In this document: in pieces, positions 17,548-27,873 of the stretch
Layout: each line of letters opens with the position of its first letter
Numbering within the stretch: the stretch's first letter is position 1
IMG/VR virus record: IMGVR_UViG_3300046804_004848
Location: 1 to 64,000 of that record
DNA length: 64,000 nucleotides
Source: a virus
Direction: 5' to 3' (one strand)
The notes under the pieces: model-generated
The model's input: the letters and a program-made list of their open reading frames with translations, nothing else
Databases searched by the model: none
What the model was told of the DNA's origin: nothing
Program-made: the position numbers and the translations under genes

Positions 17548-17722
17548 AAACCGTGGATCAATTGTTCAAGACTAAACGTGCTGTTGCTACTGCGATGGGT
17601 GGTAAGAATAAAGTACGTAAGTTTAAATTGAAGCGTGATTTTGAAGATGGATACAAATTTAATTATCGTAAAAATGTTTACAAAAGTTTTGAATTAGAGG
17701 TATAATATATAAGTAGTAATAT

Positions 17723-18008
17723 GCGAGTGTGGTGAAATAGGTAGACACAAGGGACTTGAGTTAAATTTGAGTGCCCTGTTGGAAACAGCAGGAGTAGAAC
17801 CCGTCAAATTCGGTGAAGGCTGTAAGATGCTAATACCGAGCGAAGCCCGAAAGGGAACGTGTAGAGACTAGACGATGGGGACCTAAAGTAGAAATACCAT
17901 GGTTAAGGTATAGTCCAGACCACAAACCAAAAGGGTAGTGAAAACTATAGTGGTAAGAAAATCCCTCGCTCACAAGGCGTGTCGGTTCGACTCCGACCAT
18001 TCGCACCA
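17723..18008 (+). tRNA. tRNA-Leu (TAA) interrupted by a group I intron (exons 17723-17757 and 17958-18008)
   Basis: Exon joining gives GGGA-CT-TAA-AA-TCCC, long variable arm, CCA end. Confidence 0.9.
17758..17957 (+). mobile_element. Group I intron (IC3-like), 200 nt, no ORF
   Basis: Follows exon U and ends in G; core elements AAATTCGGTGAA, AATACCGAGC, GTAGAGACTAGACG, AAGGTATAGTCC. Confidence 0.9.
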
Positions 18009-18022
18009 AATTGAAGAACAAT

Positions 18023-18097
18023 TGCGGGATAGAGAAGTAGAAACTCGTCAGTCTCATAAGCTGAAGATCGGTGGTGCAATTCCATCTCCCGCTACCA
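18023..18097 (+). tRNA. tRNA-fMet-like (CAT)
   Basis: Unpaired 1:72, GCGGGA acceptor, CTCATAA loop. Confidence 0.8.
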
Positions 18098-18104
18098 ATA
18101 AAGT

Positions 18105-18179
18105 GCCTGGTAAGTGTTGGTGATTACATATCTGACTTCCAATCAGACGTATCGGGTTTGACTCCCGAACCAGGCTCCA
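18105..18179 (+). tRNA. tRNA-Gly (TCC)
   Basis: TCTGA-CTTCCAA-TCAGA, TCCA end. Confidence 0.85.
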
Positions 18180-18199
18180 ATAAATAAAAGGAAAACAAT

Positions 18200-18472
18200 A
18201 TGAACACAGATATACAAAAAATTTATAGTAGAACAGGCAATTTATTTGAAGCTGCTTTGATTGCTGCACAGCGTGTACGTGAACTTAGCGCAGAGCGTAA
18301 AGCATCAGAAGAGATAGCAGCACGTGATGCAGTGCAAGCTAACAGAGCAGTGTTTAGTCGCAAGGTTGAGACTAAAACTAGTCAAGCATTGCGTGAAATT
18401 GAAGAAGGAATTATTGACAAAACTTATTTGATGAAAATTAAATCAAGGGTAAAAAAGACTAAATTAAGGTGA
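18200..18472 (+). CDS. rpoZ: RNA polymerase omega subunit-like protein
   Basis: GNLFEAALIAAQRVREL and KTSQALREIEEG match omega conserved regions. Confidence 0.75.
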   Translation: MNTDIQKIYSRTGNLFEAALIAAQRVRELSAERKASEEIAARDAVQANRAVFSRKVETKTSQALREIEEGIIDKTYLMKIKSRVKKTKLR

Positions 18473-18476
18473 TGAC

Positions 18477-18959
18477 ATGAAAAAAGAAATCAATGTATTA
18501 GAAGTACTAGAATATCTTGAAAAATGTGGCACTAATACTAAAATATACATTGGTTGTGATAGTGAGCGCATGAGAATAGAAAATGTTTGGTACGCTGACT
18601 ATATTTTAGCAGTAGTAGTACATATTGATGGTAAACATGGATGTAAGATTTTTGGAGCAGTACAACGTGAACGTGACTTTGACCAAAAAGCAAATAAGCC
18701 ACGTATGCGTTTAGTTAATGAAGCATACAAAGTTGCGGATTTATATCTAAAACTTGCACCCTATGTTGAATTTGATATTGAAGTACATTTGGATATAAAT
18801 CCTGATGAAAAGCATAACAGTAGTATTGCAATACAAGAAGCAGTAGGTTATATTCGGGGTACATGTAATGTTATACCTATGGTAAAACCACATGCTTTTG
18901 CAGCATCAACTGCGGCTGACCGTTACAAGGAAATTGTCGGTCATCGTAGAGTAGCATAG
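18477..18959 (+). CDS. RNase H-like YkuK family protein
   Basis: IYIGCDS, EVHLDINPD, KPHAFAASTAAD. Confidence 0.8.
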   Translation: MKKEINVLEVLEYLEKCGTNTKIYIGCDSERMRIENVWYADYILAVVVHIDGKHGCKIFGAVQRERDFDQKANKPRMRLVNEAYKVADLYLKLAPYVEFDIEVHLDINPDEKHNSSIAIQEAVGYIRGTCNVIPMVKPHAFAASTAADRYKEIVGHRRVA

Positions 18960-18994
18960 GAGAGGGTTTCCTCTCCTTATTTTTGGAGAGGAAC

Positions 18995-19183
18995 ATGAGT
19001 AAAAAATCTAAATCGTTAAAACTTGTAAATCGCAGAACTAAGGAAGAGTGGCTTTGTGAAGATTTTACCAATCAAAAAAATATTGATGGTACAATGTTCG
19101 TTGAAGTGTATAAACCTGAAAACGGAAGAAAAGTATGGATGAACGTAACAAATTTAGATAAGAAACGTGTTGACAGTAAATAA
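18995..19183 (+). CDS. Hypothetical protein
   Basis: MSKKSKSLKL... with GGAGAGG RBS. Confidence 0.6.
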   Translation: MSKKSKSLKLVNRRTKEEWLCEDFTNQKNIDGTMFVEVYKPENGRKVWMNVTNLDKKRVDSK

Positions 19184-19198
19184 AGAATTATATACTAT
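19170..19198 (+). promoter_or_regulatory. Sigma70 promoter for ncRNA-ncRNA-DUF2828 unit
   Basis: TTGACA-17-TACTAT. Confidence 0.65.
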
Positions 19199-19208
19199 AC
19201 ACACATTA

Positions 19209-19373
19209 AGGATGGATACAGCAACTTTTTTACATGACTAAGGATTGAGTAATCGATCAGCCTGTTGGGGTTAGCCAACTTTGGGCATAGACGAGATCTA
19301 TGATAGGCTTGTGATACAAAGTCCCTTGTGGTAGTGGGCAAGCAGAAAATAAATTACCGTATCAACCATCCTG
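19209..19373 (+). ncRNA. Y-like scaffold RNA copy 3 with multi-hairpin cargo
   Basis: AGGATGG-ATACAGCAA...CCATCCTG; internal hairpins GTTGG/CCAAC and CATAGA/TCTATG. Confidence 0.65.
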
Positions 19374-19381
19374 TTAGTTTA

Positions 19382-19438
19382 AGAATGCTAACAGCAACTT
19401 AAAAAATCAAACTTGAAAATTGAAATAAATGCATTCTG
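19382..19438 (+). ncRNA. Y-like scaffold RNA copy 4 carrying a Ser(UGA) anticodon-loop mimic
   Basis: AGAATGC-TAACAGCAA...TCAAA-CTTGAAA-ATTGA...AAAT-GCATTCTG. Confidence 0.65.
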
Positions 19439-19453
19439 TTAAGGAAAATTAAA

Positions 19454-20836
19454 ATGGAATTTAAAACAGCAGTAGAACAAACTGAAGTTACAATTACCAC
19501 TAATGGTATGGCTGCGTTTAATGGAACAGGTGATGCGCTTGTAGACTTGTTCTTTAAAATTGGAGCATCACGTGGTAAAGATATTACCGCATTATTTGAA
19601 AAAGCATTTCAAGAAAGTCCTGAAATTGCAACCAAAATTTTGCTATGGGCACGTGATGTTCGTGGTGGAGCAGGTGAACGTCAATTAATACGTGATCTAC
19701 TCTTATACATGGAGATTAATCATCCAAGTATGCTAATACGTGTAATCCCACATATCCCTACTTTTGGACGATGGGATGATATGCTAATATTTGCATCACG
19801 CACCATGAAAAACTTTGCATACACCTCAATACGTGATGCACTGATGAACGGTGATGGATTGTGTGCAAAGTGGATGCCACGTAAAGGACAAATTGCAGCA
19901 GAATTACGCAATTTTATGGGTTTGTCTCCTAAGACATATCGTAAATTATTAGTCAATGCAACTAAAGTTGTTGAAACTCATATGTGCGCTAAAGAATGGG
20001 ATAAGATCAACTACTCGCATGTGCCATCAATTGCCGCCTCTATTTACAAGAAAGCATTTGATCGTAATGACCATGATCGCTATAAAGAGTATCGTGATGG
20101 GTTAGTTAGTGGAACCACTAAAATTAATGCTTCAGCAATATACCCACATGACGTAATTAAGTCATTATCAAGTGGAATCATTGATGTAAGTATTGCACAG
20201 TGGGAAGCACTACCTAACTACATGAGTGACGCTAATGTGTTACCTATGGTTGATGTAAGTGGGTCAATGGGCTGTCCTGTAGGTGGAGCTAAAAACTTAA
20301 CTTGCTTGAATGTTGCAGTAGCATTAGGGTTATATTGTGCTGATAAAAATCGTGGTGCGTTTAAGGATATGTTTTTAACATTTTCTACCAACACCAAGAT
20401 TGAAATATTAAAAGGTAATATTGTTGATAAAATGAATCAAATGAATCGTGCTGATTGGTCATTGTCAACTAATCTCATCGGAGCATTTGATGCTATATTA
20501 AATGTAGCAGTAAACAACAAAGTACCTGAAGCAGATATGCCTAAGTTTTTATTGATTCTTTCTGATATGCAGTTTAATCAAGCAGTACGTGCTGATGATA
20601 CCGCATACAAAGCAATTGGTAAGAAGTATGCTGATGCAGGATATGATGTACCTAAGATTGTTTTTTGGAACTTAAACTCACATGACAATGTGCCTGTGCA
20701 GTTTGATACACGTGGTACAGCATTGGTAAGTGGTTTTTCACCTGCGATCATGAAGTCTATCTTAGGTGCAAAAGATTTCACACCATTGAGCATTATGCTT
20801 GATACTGTGAACGTTGAGCGATACAACGTGCTGTAA
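19454..20836 (+). CDS. DUF2828-family Ro/TROVE-like protein with C-terminal vWA domain
   Basis: TTNG, LVDLFF, WARDVRGGAGER, GRWDD, AKWMPR; vWA MIDAS DVSGSM, STN, ILSDMQF, IVFWNL. Confidence 0.85.
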   Translation: MEFKTAVEQTEVTITTNGMAAFNGTGDALVDLFFKIGASRGKDITALFEKAFQESPEIATKILLWARDVRGGAGERQLIRDLLLYMEINHPSMLIRVIPHIPTFGRWDDMLIFASRTMKNFAYTSIRDALMNGDGLCAKWMPRKGQIAAELRNFMGLSPKTYRKLLVNATKVVETHMCAKEWDKINYSHVPSIAASIYKKAFDRNDHDRYKEYRDGLVSGTTKINASAIYPHDVIKSLSSGIIDVSIAQWEALPNYMSDANVLPMVDVSGSMGCPVGGAKNLTCLNVAVALGLYCADKNRGAFKDMFLTFSTNTKIEILKGNIVDKMNQMNRADWSLSTNLIGAFDAILNVAVNNKVPEADMPKFLLILSDMQFNQAVRADDTAYKAIGKKYADAGYDVPKIVFWNLNSHDNVPVQFDTRGTALVSGFSPAIMKSILGAKDFTPLSIMLDTVNVERYNVL

Positions 20837-20866
20837 CTGTCGCAAATATTATTAAACCTTCTATTT

Positions 20867-20898
20867 GCAAGTACTAGTAATAGTACTTGCTTTTTTTT
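20867..20898 (+). terminator. Intrinsic terminator
   Basis: GCAAGTACTA-GTAA-TAGTACTTGC plus T8. Confidence 0.85.
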
Positions 20899-20936
20899 CG
20901 TCTAAAAAGTATACTTTTTTACACACAATTATAAAT

Positions 20937-21380
20937 ATGGATATTATGATGCGTTTTATTACCGATTTAACTGATACTTTACTAAGTTTTATTAAAGATG
21001 ATCCTGTACGTCCTGAGATACCTGTAGCGTATCGTGTAGCACCAAACAGATTAGTTGCTGCTACAATGGATAATGAGCAACCATCAGCTATTGTGTGCAT
21101 ATCATTACATGACTTTGTACCTGCTAATGTGCAAGATTTAGATGTAACTAGTTCTAATCCTACTACCGCAGTGTTTTATACTATATGGAGTTACAAAGCA
21201 GGTAGTGGTGCAAACTTATTACGCAAAGCTGTTCCACAATTAAGAGAACAATTTCCTACAGTAAATCGTTTTGTAACACTTAGCCCCAAGACTGAAATGG
21301 CACGTAAGTTTCACTTAAAAAATGGTGCTATTGTATTACGTGAAAATTCTGAAACTATCAACTACGAATATACTTCCTAA
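20937..21380 (+). CDS. Conserved phage protein (GNAT-like)
   Basis: DDPVRP, FYTIWSY, FVTLSP, FHLKNGA. Confidence 0.6.
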   Translation: MDIMMRFITDLTDTLLSFIKDDPVRPEIPVAYRVAPNRLVAATMDNEQPSAIVCISLHDFVPANVQDLDVTSSNPTTAVFYTIWSYKAGSGANLLRKAVPQLREQFPTVNRFVTLSPKTEMARKFHLKNGAIVLRENSETINYEYTS

Positions 21381-21435
21381 TAACTTGATAATATTTCCTC
21401 TTTAATATAACATAAATATTATTAAGGAGATTGTC

Positions 21436-21720
21436 ATGGAAAAGCAAGATATCAATTACGAAGATTTACCTGAAGAATCACAACAAGCAATAGACAACTC
21501 CACTAATATATCATATGAGTTTGTTGAGTATGATTTATTACCGCAATTAGATGATTTTGAACATCACAATGATGACGATGATTATGTTACAGGTTGTGCA
21601 TCTTTTATATTGTTTACTAAACTAATTGGTAATTTAAATGAACTTGGTTATAGTATTGAACAACTACACGAATTTGTTGACCAATATTACGACATGTCTA
21701 GTAATGATACCATTCATTAA
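21436..21720 (+). CDS. Acidic hypothetical protein
   Basis: ORF with AAGGAG RBS. Confidence 0.6.
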   Translation: MEKQDINYEDLPEESQQAIDNSTNISYEFVEYDLLPQLDDFEHHNDDDDYVTGCASFILFTKLIGNLNELGYSIEQLHEFVDQYYDMSSNDTIH

Positions 21721-22160
21721 TGCAAGTAAATTTTTATTATAAAAACAAACCATCTTCTACAGTCTACGAAATTATTATTGCAGAAATTTGCAATCGTGCT
21801 GCGCTTTTAATTCCTTTACCACATGAAATTGATGTAATTTTTGCAAGGTTACATCATTCAACCTATGGTGGTATAGACACAAGTAAATCAAATTGTTTAG
21901 TGCTTAGTACAAATTTAAATTTAAAAAGCATTCCTACTATTTTAGTGCATGAACTAATTCATATAAGTCAAAGGCATACAAAGATGTTGCAAATTTACAA
22001 CGATGGTTCGTATACTTGGATGGGCAAATTTTATTTAAGACAAAATCCTGAAACTTTACCAAGAGAAGAATATCTTAATTTACCGTGGGAAGTAGATGTA
22101 AGCACACGCTTACCTATATTACTTGAAAAAATCCTTGACACAGATACAGTAGTGTGTTAA
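21720..22160 (+). CDS. HExxH metallopeptidase-like protein
   Basis: LVHELIHISQ, YLNLPWE. Confidence 0.65.
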   Translation: MQVNFYYKNKPSSTVYEIIIAEICNRAALLIPLPHEIDVIFARLHHSTYGGIDTSKSNCLVLSTNLNLKSIPTILVHELIHISQRHTKMLQIYNDGSYTWMGKFYLRQNPETLPREEYLNLPWEVDVSTRLPILLEKILDTDTVVC

Positions 22161-22196
22161 GATACACTTACCTTAACTTAACAACAAGGAAATCAG

Positions 22197-23117
22197 ATGG
22201 ATGAGCCTGATTATAATTTTCCACGTACTTACAGTGATTTTTTAGAATTACGTGAATATTTAAATTTTTTGAAAAGTAGTTTGGACGATGTTGATCCGAA
22301 AAAATTTAATGATGAATTAGCTGAAAGTTATAGTAATATATTAAATGGTATTGAGGCAGCTTTGACGTTAGCTGAGCTTGATTTTTCTGACGATGTATTA
22401 CATGTTCGTGATGCAAAAGATGTACTATCAAAAATTTATGGTAAACCTGTATTATAAAGGAAATTAATATGAGTAAAGAAATTCGTAGTGAACGTATGAA
22501 AACTGTTGTAGGCATCACTGTGCATAGTGACCCTGAAACGGGATGCACTTATCAATCTGTTCGTGTAGGTGAAGATATAGTCAAGCGTATTAAAACATCA
22601 AGACAAAAAGGTTACGTATTACGCAAGGGTATTTCTGTTATTGAAGAAACTTCAGAATGGCAAAATCTCCCACATCCAATGAAAAAAATTGACGCTTTTA
22701 AATTTGCTGCACGTGATCCACAATCGCAATTCATCAATAACCAAAGTTATGTTGATGCGTTTGAGGAAAAAATTGCAAATATTGAAGGTCGTTTACATCG
22801 TGAGGCTACACGTAAACCACGCTTAAAAGTCAATAGCGCAGAAGAATTACTAGCTATGATAAAAGCTAGCCCATCAGAATCTGTTGAGGAACCGATGCAT
22901 GTCAACATGGGACAGTAATAGTAAAACACGGTCGCAAGTTAAAGACCGTGTAAAATTTGATCCTAAGAACGATGACCACATAAACCAAGTTATCTATTTT
23001 AAAAAACATTCAAAATGGGAAAAGGGGTGTCCATTTGAAAATGAGTGGCCTTGGAGTGATATCCCACGTATGATTGACGATAGAATAACAAGACATTACC
23101 TATCACAATTGTCATAA
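22197..23117 (+). other. Three hypothetical genes (22197-22457, 22469-22918, ~22899-23117)
   Basis: Co-oriented ORFs with RBS. Confidence 0.55.
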
Positions 23118-23123
23118 AAATTG

Positions 23124-23147
23124 AAGCCACCGTTTGGTGGCTTTTTT
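23124..23147. terminator. Terminator between convergent gene blocks
   Basis: AAGCCACC-GTTT-GGTGGCTT plus T tract. Confidence 0.8.
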
Positions 23148-23148
23148 A

Positions 23149-26100
23149 TTAGAACGTGCTTAATGCTATGCGTTTCCATAACCCACTTGTTATACAAACA
23201 TACAAGTAAGATGAATCAAAAGCAAGTTGACCTGCAACGCCTGGGTCGGTGTTGGCGGGAGAACCACCTGCTGAAATAACATTACCACTAACATACAATC
23301 CGCTTACATTACCTGTAGCTGCTACAAATCCTGAGATTACAGCATTGCCACCCGCATAAACATTACCTTGTGTGCTTATACCACCGTTTACTCGTAGCGC
23401 ACCTGATGTAGTGCTTGTGGCAGGTGATGTTCCTGTTACATTAGCTACTGATGATATGTTTACAGTACCCGCATTGATGGTTGTAATATTACCTACTGTA
23501 GCAATTGCAGTAGATGTACCAATGTTTCCTGTGTTTGCATTGCCTGTTACGCTTAGTGTACCACTCGTGGCTAAATTTCCACCTGTTACAGTGCCTGTTG
23601 CTATGACTACTCCACTTAAACCTAAATTACCAATATTTGAGTTACCTGTTACACTGAGCGTACCACCTGTAGATACATTACCACCTGTTACAGTCCCTGA
23701 TGCTGTAATTACACCACTTGCACCAAGATTACCTATGTTAGAATTAGCTGTGACACTTAACGTGCCATCTGTATAAAGATTGCCACCTGTTACAGTGCCA
23801 TTGGCAGTTATAATACCGCTTACTGCGATATTACCTGCATTAATATTACCTGTGATATTTGCAAAATTGTTTGAAACTAAATTGCCTACTGTTAATGTTT
23901 GAGCAAGATTACCACCACCTGTAGATTCAAAACTACCACCCGTGATAGAACCACTTACAATAACTAAACCGTTGGAACTAAGGTTACTAATATTAGCATT
24001 GCCTGTTACACTAAGCACACCACCTGTAATAATGTTTCCACCTGTGATAGTCCCTGTTGCAGATACTGCCCCTGCTGTTGTTAGATTGCCACCGCTAACG
24101 TTGCCTGTAGCACTCACCAATCCACCTGTAGTTACATTGCCACCTGTGACATTACCTGTAGCAACAACTCGTCCACCTGTGTTAATATTACCACCTGTGA
24201 TATTACCTGTTGCTAATATTAAACCACTTGTACCTATATTACCTATATTGGCATTACCTGTAACACTTAATACGCCACCTGTACTAATATTACCACCATC
24301 AAGATTACCTGTAGCACTCATAATACCGTTGCTACTGATATTTCCCACATTAGCGTTACCTGCTAACAATGAACCTGATGTTGACAAATTACCCGCTGTT
24401 ACTGTTGCTGATACAGTAAGAGAAGTTAAATTTCCAATGGATGTAATATTTGGTTGTGCAGCAGTCGTTAATGTTCCTGTTAATAAGTTACCACGTACAG
24501 TACCGCTATTGGCAAAAATATTAGAAGTTGATATTAAATTACCGTTTAGATAAGTTGTACCATTTGAAAATAAGTTATTAGTTACTACCAAATTACTTGT
24601 ATTTGCAAAAGCAATTACTGTAACATTGCCAACACTTGTTATGTTGCCAATGGTTAGTGAGTTGCCAAGTGAAGTAATATTTGGTTGTGAACTAGAATTA
24701 GTTGTTAAAGCACCTAATAATAAATTACCACCTACTGTACCACTATTTGCAAAAATATTACCATTGGCAATAATATTGCCAATGGTTGCTGTACCTGTAA
24801 TTCCTGCACTTCCACCATTGACATTTCCTACAGCAACGACATTTCCTGCAGTTGTAAGATTTCCACCACTTACATTACCTATAGCATTTACAACACCTGA
24901 TGGATTGATATTGACTACGTTAAGATTACCTGTAAAATTGCTTGTTCCTGTAACAATTAGTGTGGCTATATTGGCATTACCTGATATGGTAGCATTACTT
25001 GATAAGGTAAGATTAGCACCACTTATATTACCGTTAACGTTTACACCATTACCTAACCAAAACGAACCACGTAAATTACCAAAAGTGTTAAAAGCATAAA
25101 CACCACTATTTGCGCTTGTTTCTGATACATTACTACCTACGGCAAATTCACCGTTTCCTGTATCCCATCCCATAAAGGCATCAATAGGAGTGCCATTATA
25201 ATAATGTAATACCATACCACGATCTTTACCATCATTAGTCGTAAGCGGGGCACCATTCGGTCCACCCCCTAACTCAATCGTTGGGTCAGTAAGATATATA
25301 ACATTACTATTAATATAATTTAAGTTTCCTGTAACTGTTAAATTACCACCAATAGCAGCATTTCCACTTACAGTTAAGTTTGACAATGTTCCAAGTGATG
25401 TAACATTTGGTAATGCACTAGCGATTCTAAAGTATATAGTACCTGCGGTAGTAATTTGTGCGCTTGTTGCCCCATCTGATACGGGATAGGTAGTAGACAT
25501 GAGCAAATCACCATTACTGCGTGTTTCTATAAGGGTAACTGTACCACCACCCCCACCACCTCCACCTGTTAAGGTAAGGATAACATCGCCTGTTAATGAA
25601 TTTGCTACACCAATAGGTGATGTTGCGTTAGCAATTGCAAACCCTGCACCCACGGTTAATCGTGTTACACCTGTGTTGGTAATCGTGACATTACCTGCGC
25701 TTGTGACAGGACCGCCTGTAACGCTAATGCCATTACCATTGACAAACCCTACGCTTGTAACGGTTCCTGCGTTTCCATTTGCTATGCTTGTAATACGTCC
25801 ATATTGGTCAACCACTACGTTAGGAAATCTATAAGTTCCTGCAGTAACTCCGCTATTAGATAAACCAATCGTAAAGTTAGCATTACCACCTGCCTGTAAT
25901 ACTACGTTAGGATTGACTGCTACGCCTGTTGCACCTGTTATACTAACACCTGTAATAGTGCCACCACCGTTACCGTTTCCACCTCCACCAACTGAAGTAA
26001 TTTGTACAACACCTGAGCCTAAATTGCTAATTGAAATATTATCCCCAGGTATAATCTGCCTTATACCTTGGTTTTCAATACGTAACGTTGTATTACTATC

Positions 26101-26280
26101 AGCGTATACACCGATTCCATTTCCTGCATCAATAGTTTTCCATTGACTTGCAGTATTTGACAAAATGCTAAAATTATTTTGTGCTTTATTAAAAGCCAAC
26201 CACAAACTGTCACTATTAGCAGTTTGATTTGGTTGTCCAATATTAATATTAGATAAATTGATATTCGCTGAACTTGGCAT
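23149..26280 (-). CDS. Virion structural protein, tail-fibre-like with GN-rich repeats
   Basis: 1043 aa; repeated TGNxxGGNxxTxG units; N-terminal DSLWLAFNKAQNNF; C-terminal WKRIAL. Confidence 0.75.
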   Translation of the reverse strand: MPSSANINLSNINIGQPNQTANSDSLWLAFNKAQNNFSILSNTASQWKTIDAGNGIGVYADSNTTLRIENQGIRQIIPGDNISISNLGSGVVQITSVGGGGNGNGGGTITGVSITGATGVAVNPNVVLQAGGNANFTIGLSNSGVTAGTYRFPNVVVDQYGRITSIANGNAGTVTSVGFVNGNGISVTGGPVTSAGNVTITNTGVTRLTVGAGFAIANATSPIGVANSLTGDVILTLTGGGGGGGGTVTLIETRSNGDLLMSTTYPVSDGATSAQITTAGTIYFRIASALPNVTSLGTLSNLTVSGNAAIGGNLTVTGNLNYINSNVIYLTDPTIELGGGPNGAPLTTNDGKDRGMVLHYYNGTPIDAFMGWDTGNGEFAVGSNVSETSANSGVYAFNTFGNLRGSFWLGNGVNVNGNISGANLTLSSNATISGNANIATLIVTGTSNFTGNLNVVNINPSGVVNAIGNVSGGNLTTAGNVVAVGNVNGGSAGITGTATIGNIIANGNIFANSGTVGGNLLLGALTTNSSSQPNITSLGNSLTIGNITSVGNVTVIAFANTSNLVVTNNLFSNGTTYLNGNLISTSNIFANSGTVRGNLLTGTLTTAAQPNITSIGNLTSLTVSATVTAGNLSTSGSLLAGNANVGNISSNGIMSATGNLDGGNISTGGVLSVTGNANIGNIGTSGLILATGNITGGNINTGGRVVATGNVTGGNVTTGGLVSATGNVSGGNLTTAGAVSATGTITGGNIITGGVLSVTGNANISNLSSNGLVIVSGSITGGSFESTGGGNLAQTLTVGNLVSNNFANITGNINAGNIAVSGIITANGTVTGGNLYTDGTLSVTANSNIGNLGASGVITASGTVTGGNVSTGGTLSVTGNSNIGNLGLSGVVIATGTVTGGNLATSGTLSVTGNANTGNIGTSTAIATVGNITTINAGTVNISSVANVTGTSPATSTTSGALRVNGGISTQGNVYAGGNAVISGFVAATGNVSGLYVSGNVISAGGSPANTDPGVAGQLAFDSSYLYVCITSGLWKRIALSTF

Positions 26281-26318
26281 TATTCTTACCCTCTATAGGG
26301 TATTTATCCATACAAAGA

Positions 26319-26645
26319 TTAGTATGGACTGAAACTACTTCCACATCCACAAGTTGTCACAGCATTAGGATTTTTTATAACAAATTGACTACCTTCTAGT
26401 GATTCTTTATAGTCAATTTCAGAACCTTCTAAATATTGTGCAGACATAGCATCTACCACAACATCTACACCATCAAATGTCATCGTAAGGTCATCTTCAT
26501 TGGTAGGTGTATCTTCAATCATAAACCCATATGAAAATCCACTACACCCACCACCTTGAACGTATGCTCGTAATTTACTTGGAGTAGTTTCTTCGTTTAA
26601 AATTTCTTTAACTTTAGTTATTGCTGAGCTTGTTAATGTAATCAT
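26319..26645 (-). CDS. erpA: Iron-sulfur cluster insertion protein (HesB/IscA/ErpA)
   Basis: [11 protein letters not shown] and [14 protein letters not shown]. Confidence 0.9.
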   Translation of the reverse strand: MITLTSSAITKVKEILNEETTPSKLRAYVQGGGCSGFSYGFMIEDTPTNEDDLTMTFDGVDVVVDAMSAQYLEGSEIDYKESLEGSQFVIKNPNAVTTCGCGSSFSPY

Positions 26646-27466
26646 TTTAATTTATTTAAGTAATCCATAAAATTATCATGTCTATCTTTTAAACCATATA
26701 ATGCAGGATTAATGAATTTAGTTACTGCAGCGGTATCTGAAAAGTTTTTAACATATGGTTTTACTCGTGTTGACCAATACCATAGCGCAACTTTTGCTGA
26801 TAACACCATGTCTGTTTCTAGTTTTTTACGATTTGCTGCTGCTAGTTTTTCAGCTTTTCTATCTTTTGGGTTTGGATTTACAAACATTATACCTAGTGCA
26901 TCACCCGCAGCTTTATAATTGTCACGCCCTGTTAATTGTATAAATCCACGTCCTTTGTATTTTTCGCCATCGCCTGGGGCTTTGTTGCCTAGGATTTTAG
27001 CTGTTTTTGGTGCATGCTTAGGGTCGTATTTTTTAAAATAGTCTTTGCCTTGTGGTACTTCACGTAACTTTTTAAAGTCCCAACTTTCATGTTGCATTTG
27101 TGCTAAAAATTGTGCTAATTCAGTACCATGTAGTCCTGAATTAACTGCGATTGTATAAAGAGCATGTTCATTCGGTGTAAGTGGTTTATATTCTTTTTTA
27201 GGTTGTTTAGGATGTGTTTTAGTGTCTTGTTTTACTTGTGGTGCTACTTGTTTTGCGGGTTCAGTTGGTTGAAATGATTTTACTTGTTGTTTAGGTTGTA
27301 CTTGAATAACTTGTGCTGCAGGTTGTGGTGGTTCTTTATCACCTTTATATAAATTAGCACCATGAAAACCTAAACCTGCAATCGGTATAGCTGCTGCAAC
27401 TACTTCTCTCCAACCTTCATCAATATGAGTGTTGTGCTGCTGCCTGATAAATTCTGATGCTCTCAT
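26642..27466 (-). CDS. Glycoside hydrolase family 19 lysin
   Basis: [30 protein letters not shown]. Confidence 0.85.
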   Translation of the reverse strand: MRASEFIRQQHNTHIDEGWREVVAAAIPIAGLGFHGANLYKGDKEPPQPAAQVIQVQPKQQVKSFQPTEPAKQVAPQVKQDTKTHPKQPKKEYKPLTPNEHALYTIAVNSGLHGTELAQFLAQMQHESWDFKKLREVPQGKDYFKKYDPKHAPKTAKILGNKAPGDGEKYKGRGFIQLTGRDNYKAAGDALGIMFVNPNPKDRKAEKLAAANRKKLETDMVLSAKVALWYWSTRVKPYVKNFSDTAAVTKFINPALYGLKDRHDNFMDYLNKLK

Positions 27467-27873
27467 TCGCCACCACCATCTCCACCACCATCAGTAGCTA
27501 CTGCTACACCAATTGGATATCCAAAATAACCGTATGCACGTGATTTTTTCTTTTTCTTCTTTTTTACTTCATCTAAATTTTTTTCATCATGTGATTTTAA
27601 ATAGGTAGCTAACGTTTGTAATTGTTTTTGATTCATATCATCTAAGTGCTTTATACCTGTAAGCTGTTTTGAAAGTTCTAAAAATTCAGGGTCATTGTCC
27701 CACTTAATTTTCTTTGCATCAGCTAATTTATGTATATCAGATGGTTCTAATGATTCATTCTTTTTTCTGCCTTGGCAATGAGCACGTTGGCTAAATCCTT
27801 TAGGATTATTACAATTAATAGAGCGTTTGTATTTTGCGCTCCATTTTTCTGTAATAAATTCTGCTGCTCTCAT
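27463..27873 (-). CDS. Hypothetical basic virion-associated protein
   Basis: MRAAEFITE start; KWSAKYKRSINCNNPKGFSQRAHC. Confidence 0.65.
   Translation of the reverse strand: MRAAEFITEKWSAKYKRSINCNNPKGFSQRAHCQGRKKNESLEPSDIHKLADAKKIKWDNDPEFLELSKQLTGIKHLDDMNQKQLQTLATYLKSHDEKNLDEVKKKKKKKSRAYGYFGYPIGVAVATDGGGDGGGE

Noticed and set aside
17830-18057. Intron-encoded endonuclease ORF
   Set aside because: The ORF is antisense, spans intron and exons and has no nuclease motif; the intron is only 200 nt
2613-19438. AGGATGCTAACAGC and CCATATTGAAGCAC repeats as a CRISPR array
   Set aside because: Copies are dispersed inverted-repeat scaffolds with variable-length interiors, not regularly spaced direct repeats; no cas genes in the window
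23372-26146. Plus-strand Pro/Val/Leu-rich ORFs opposite the tail-fibre gene (similar ones at 35376, 36877, 37927, 45219)
   Set aside because: Shadow ORFs produced by Gly/Asn/Thr codon repeats on the coding strand
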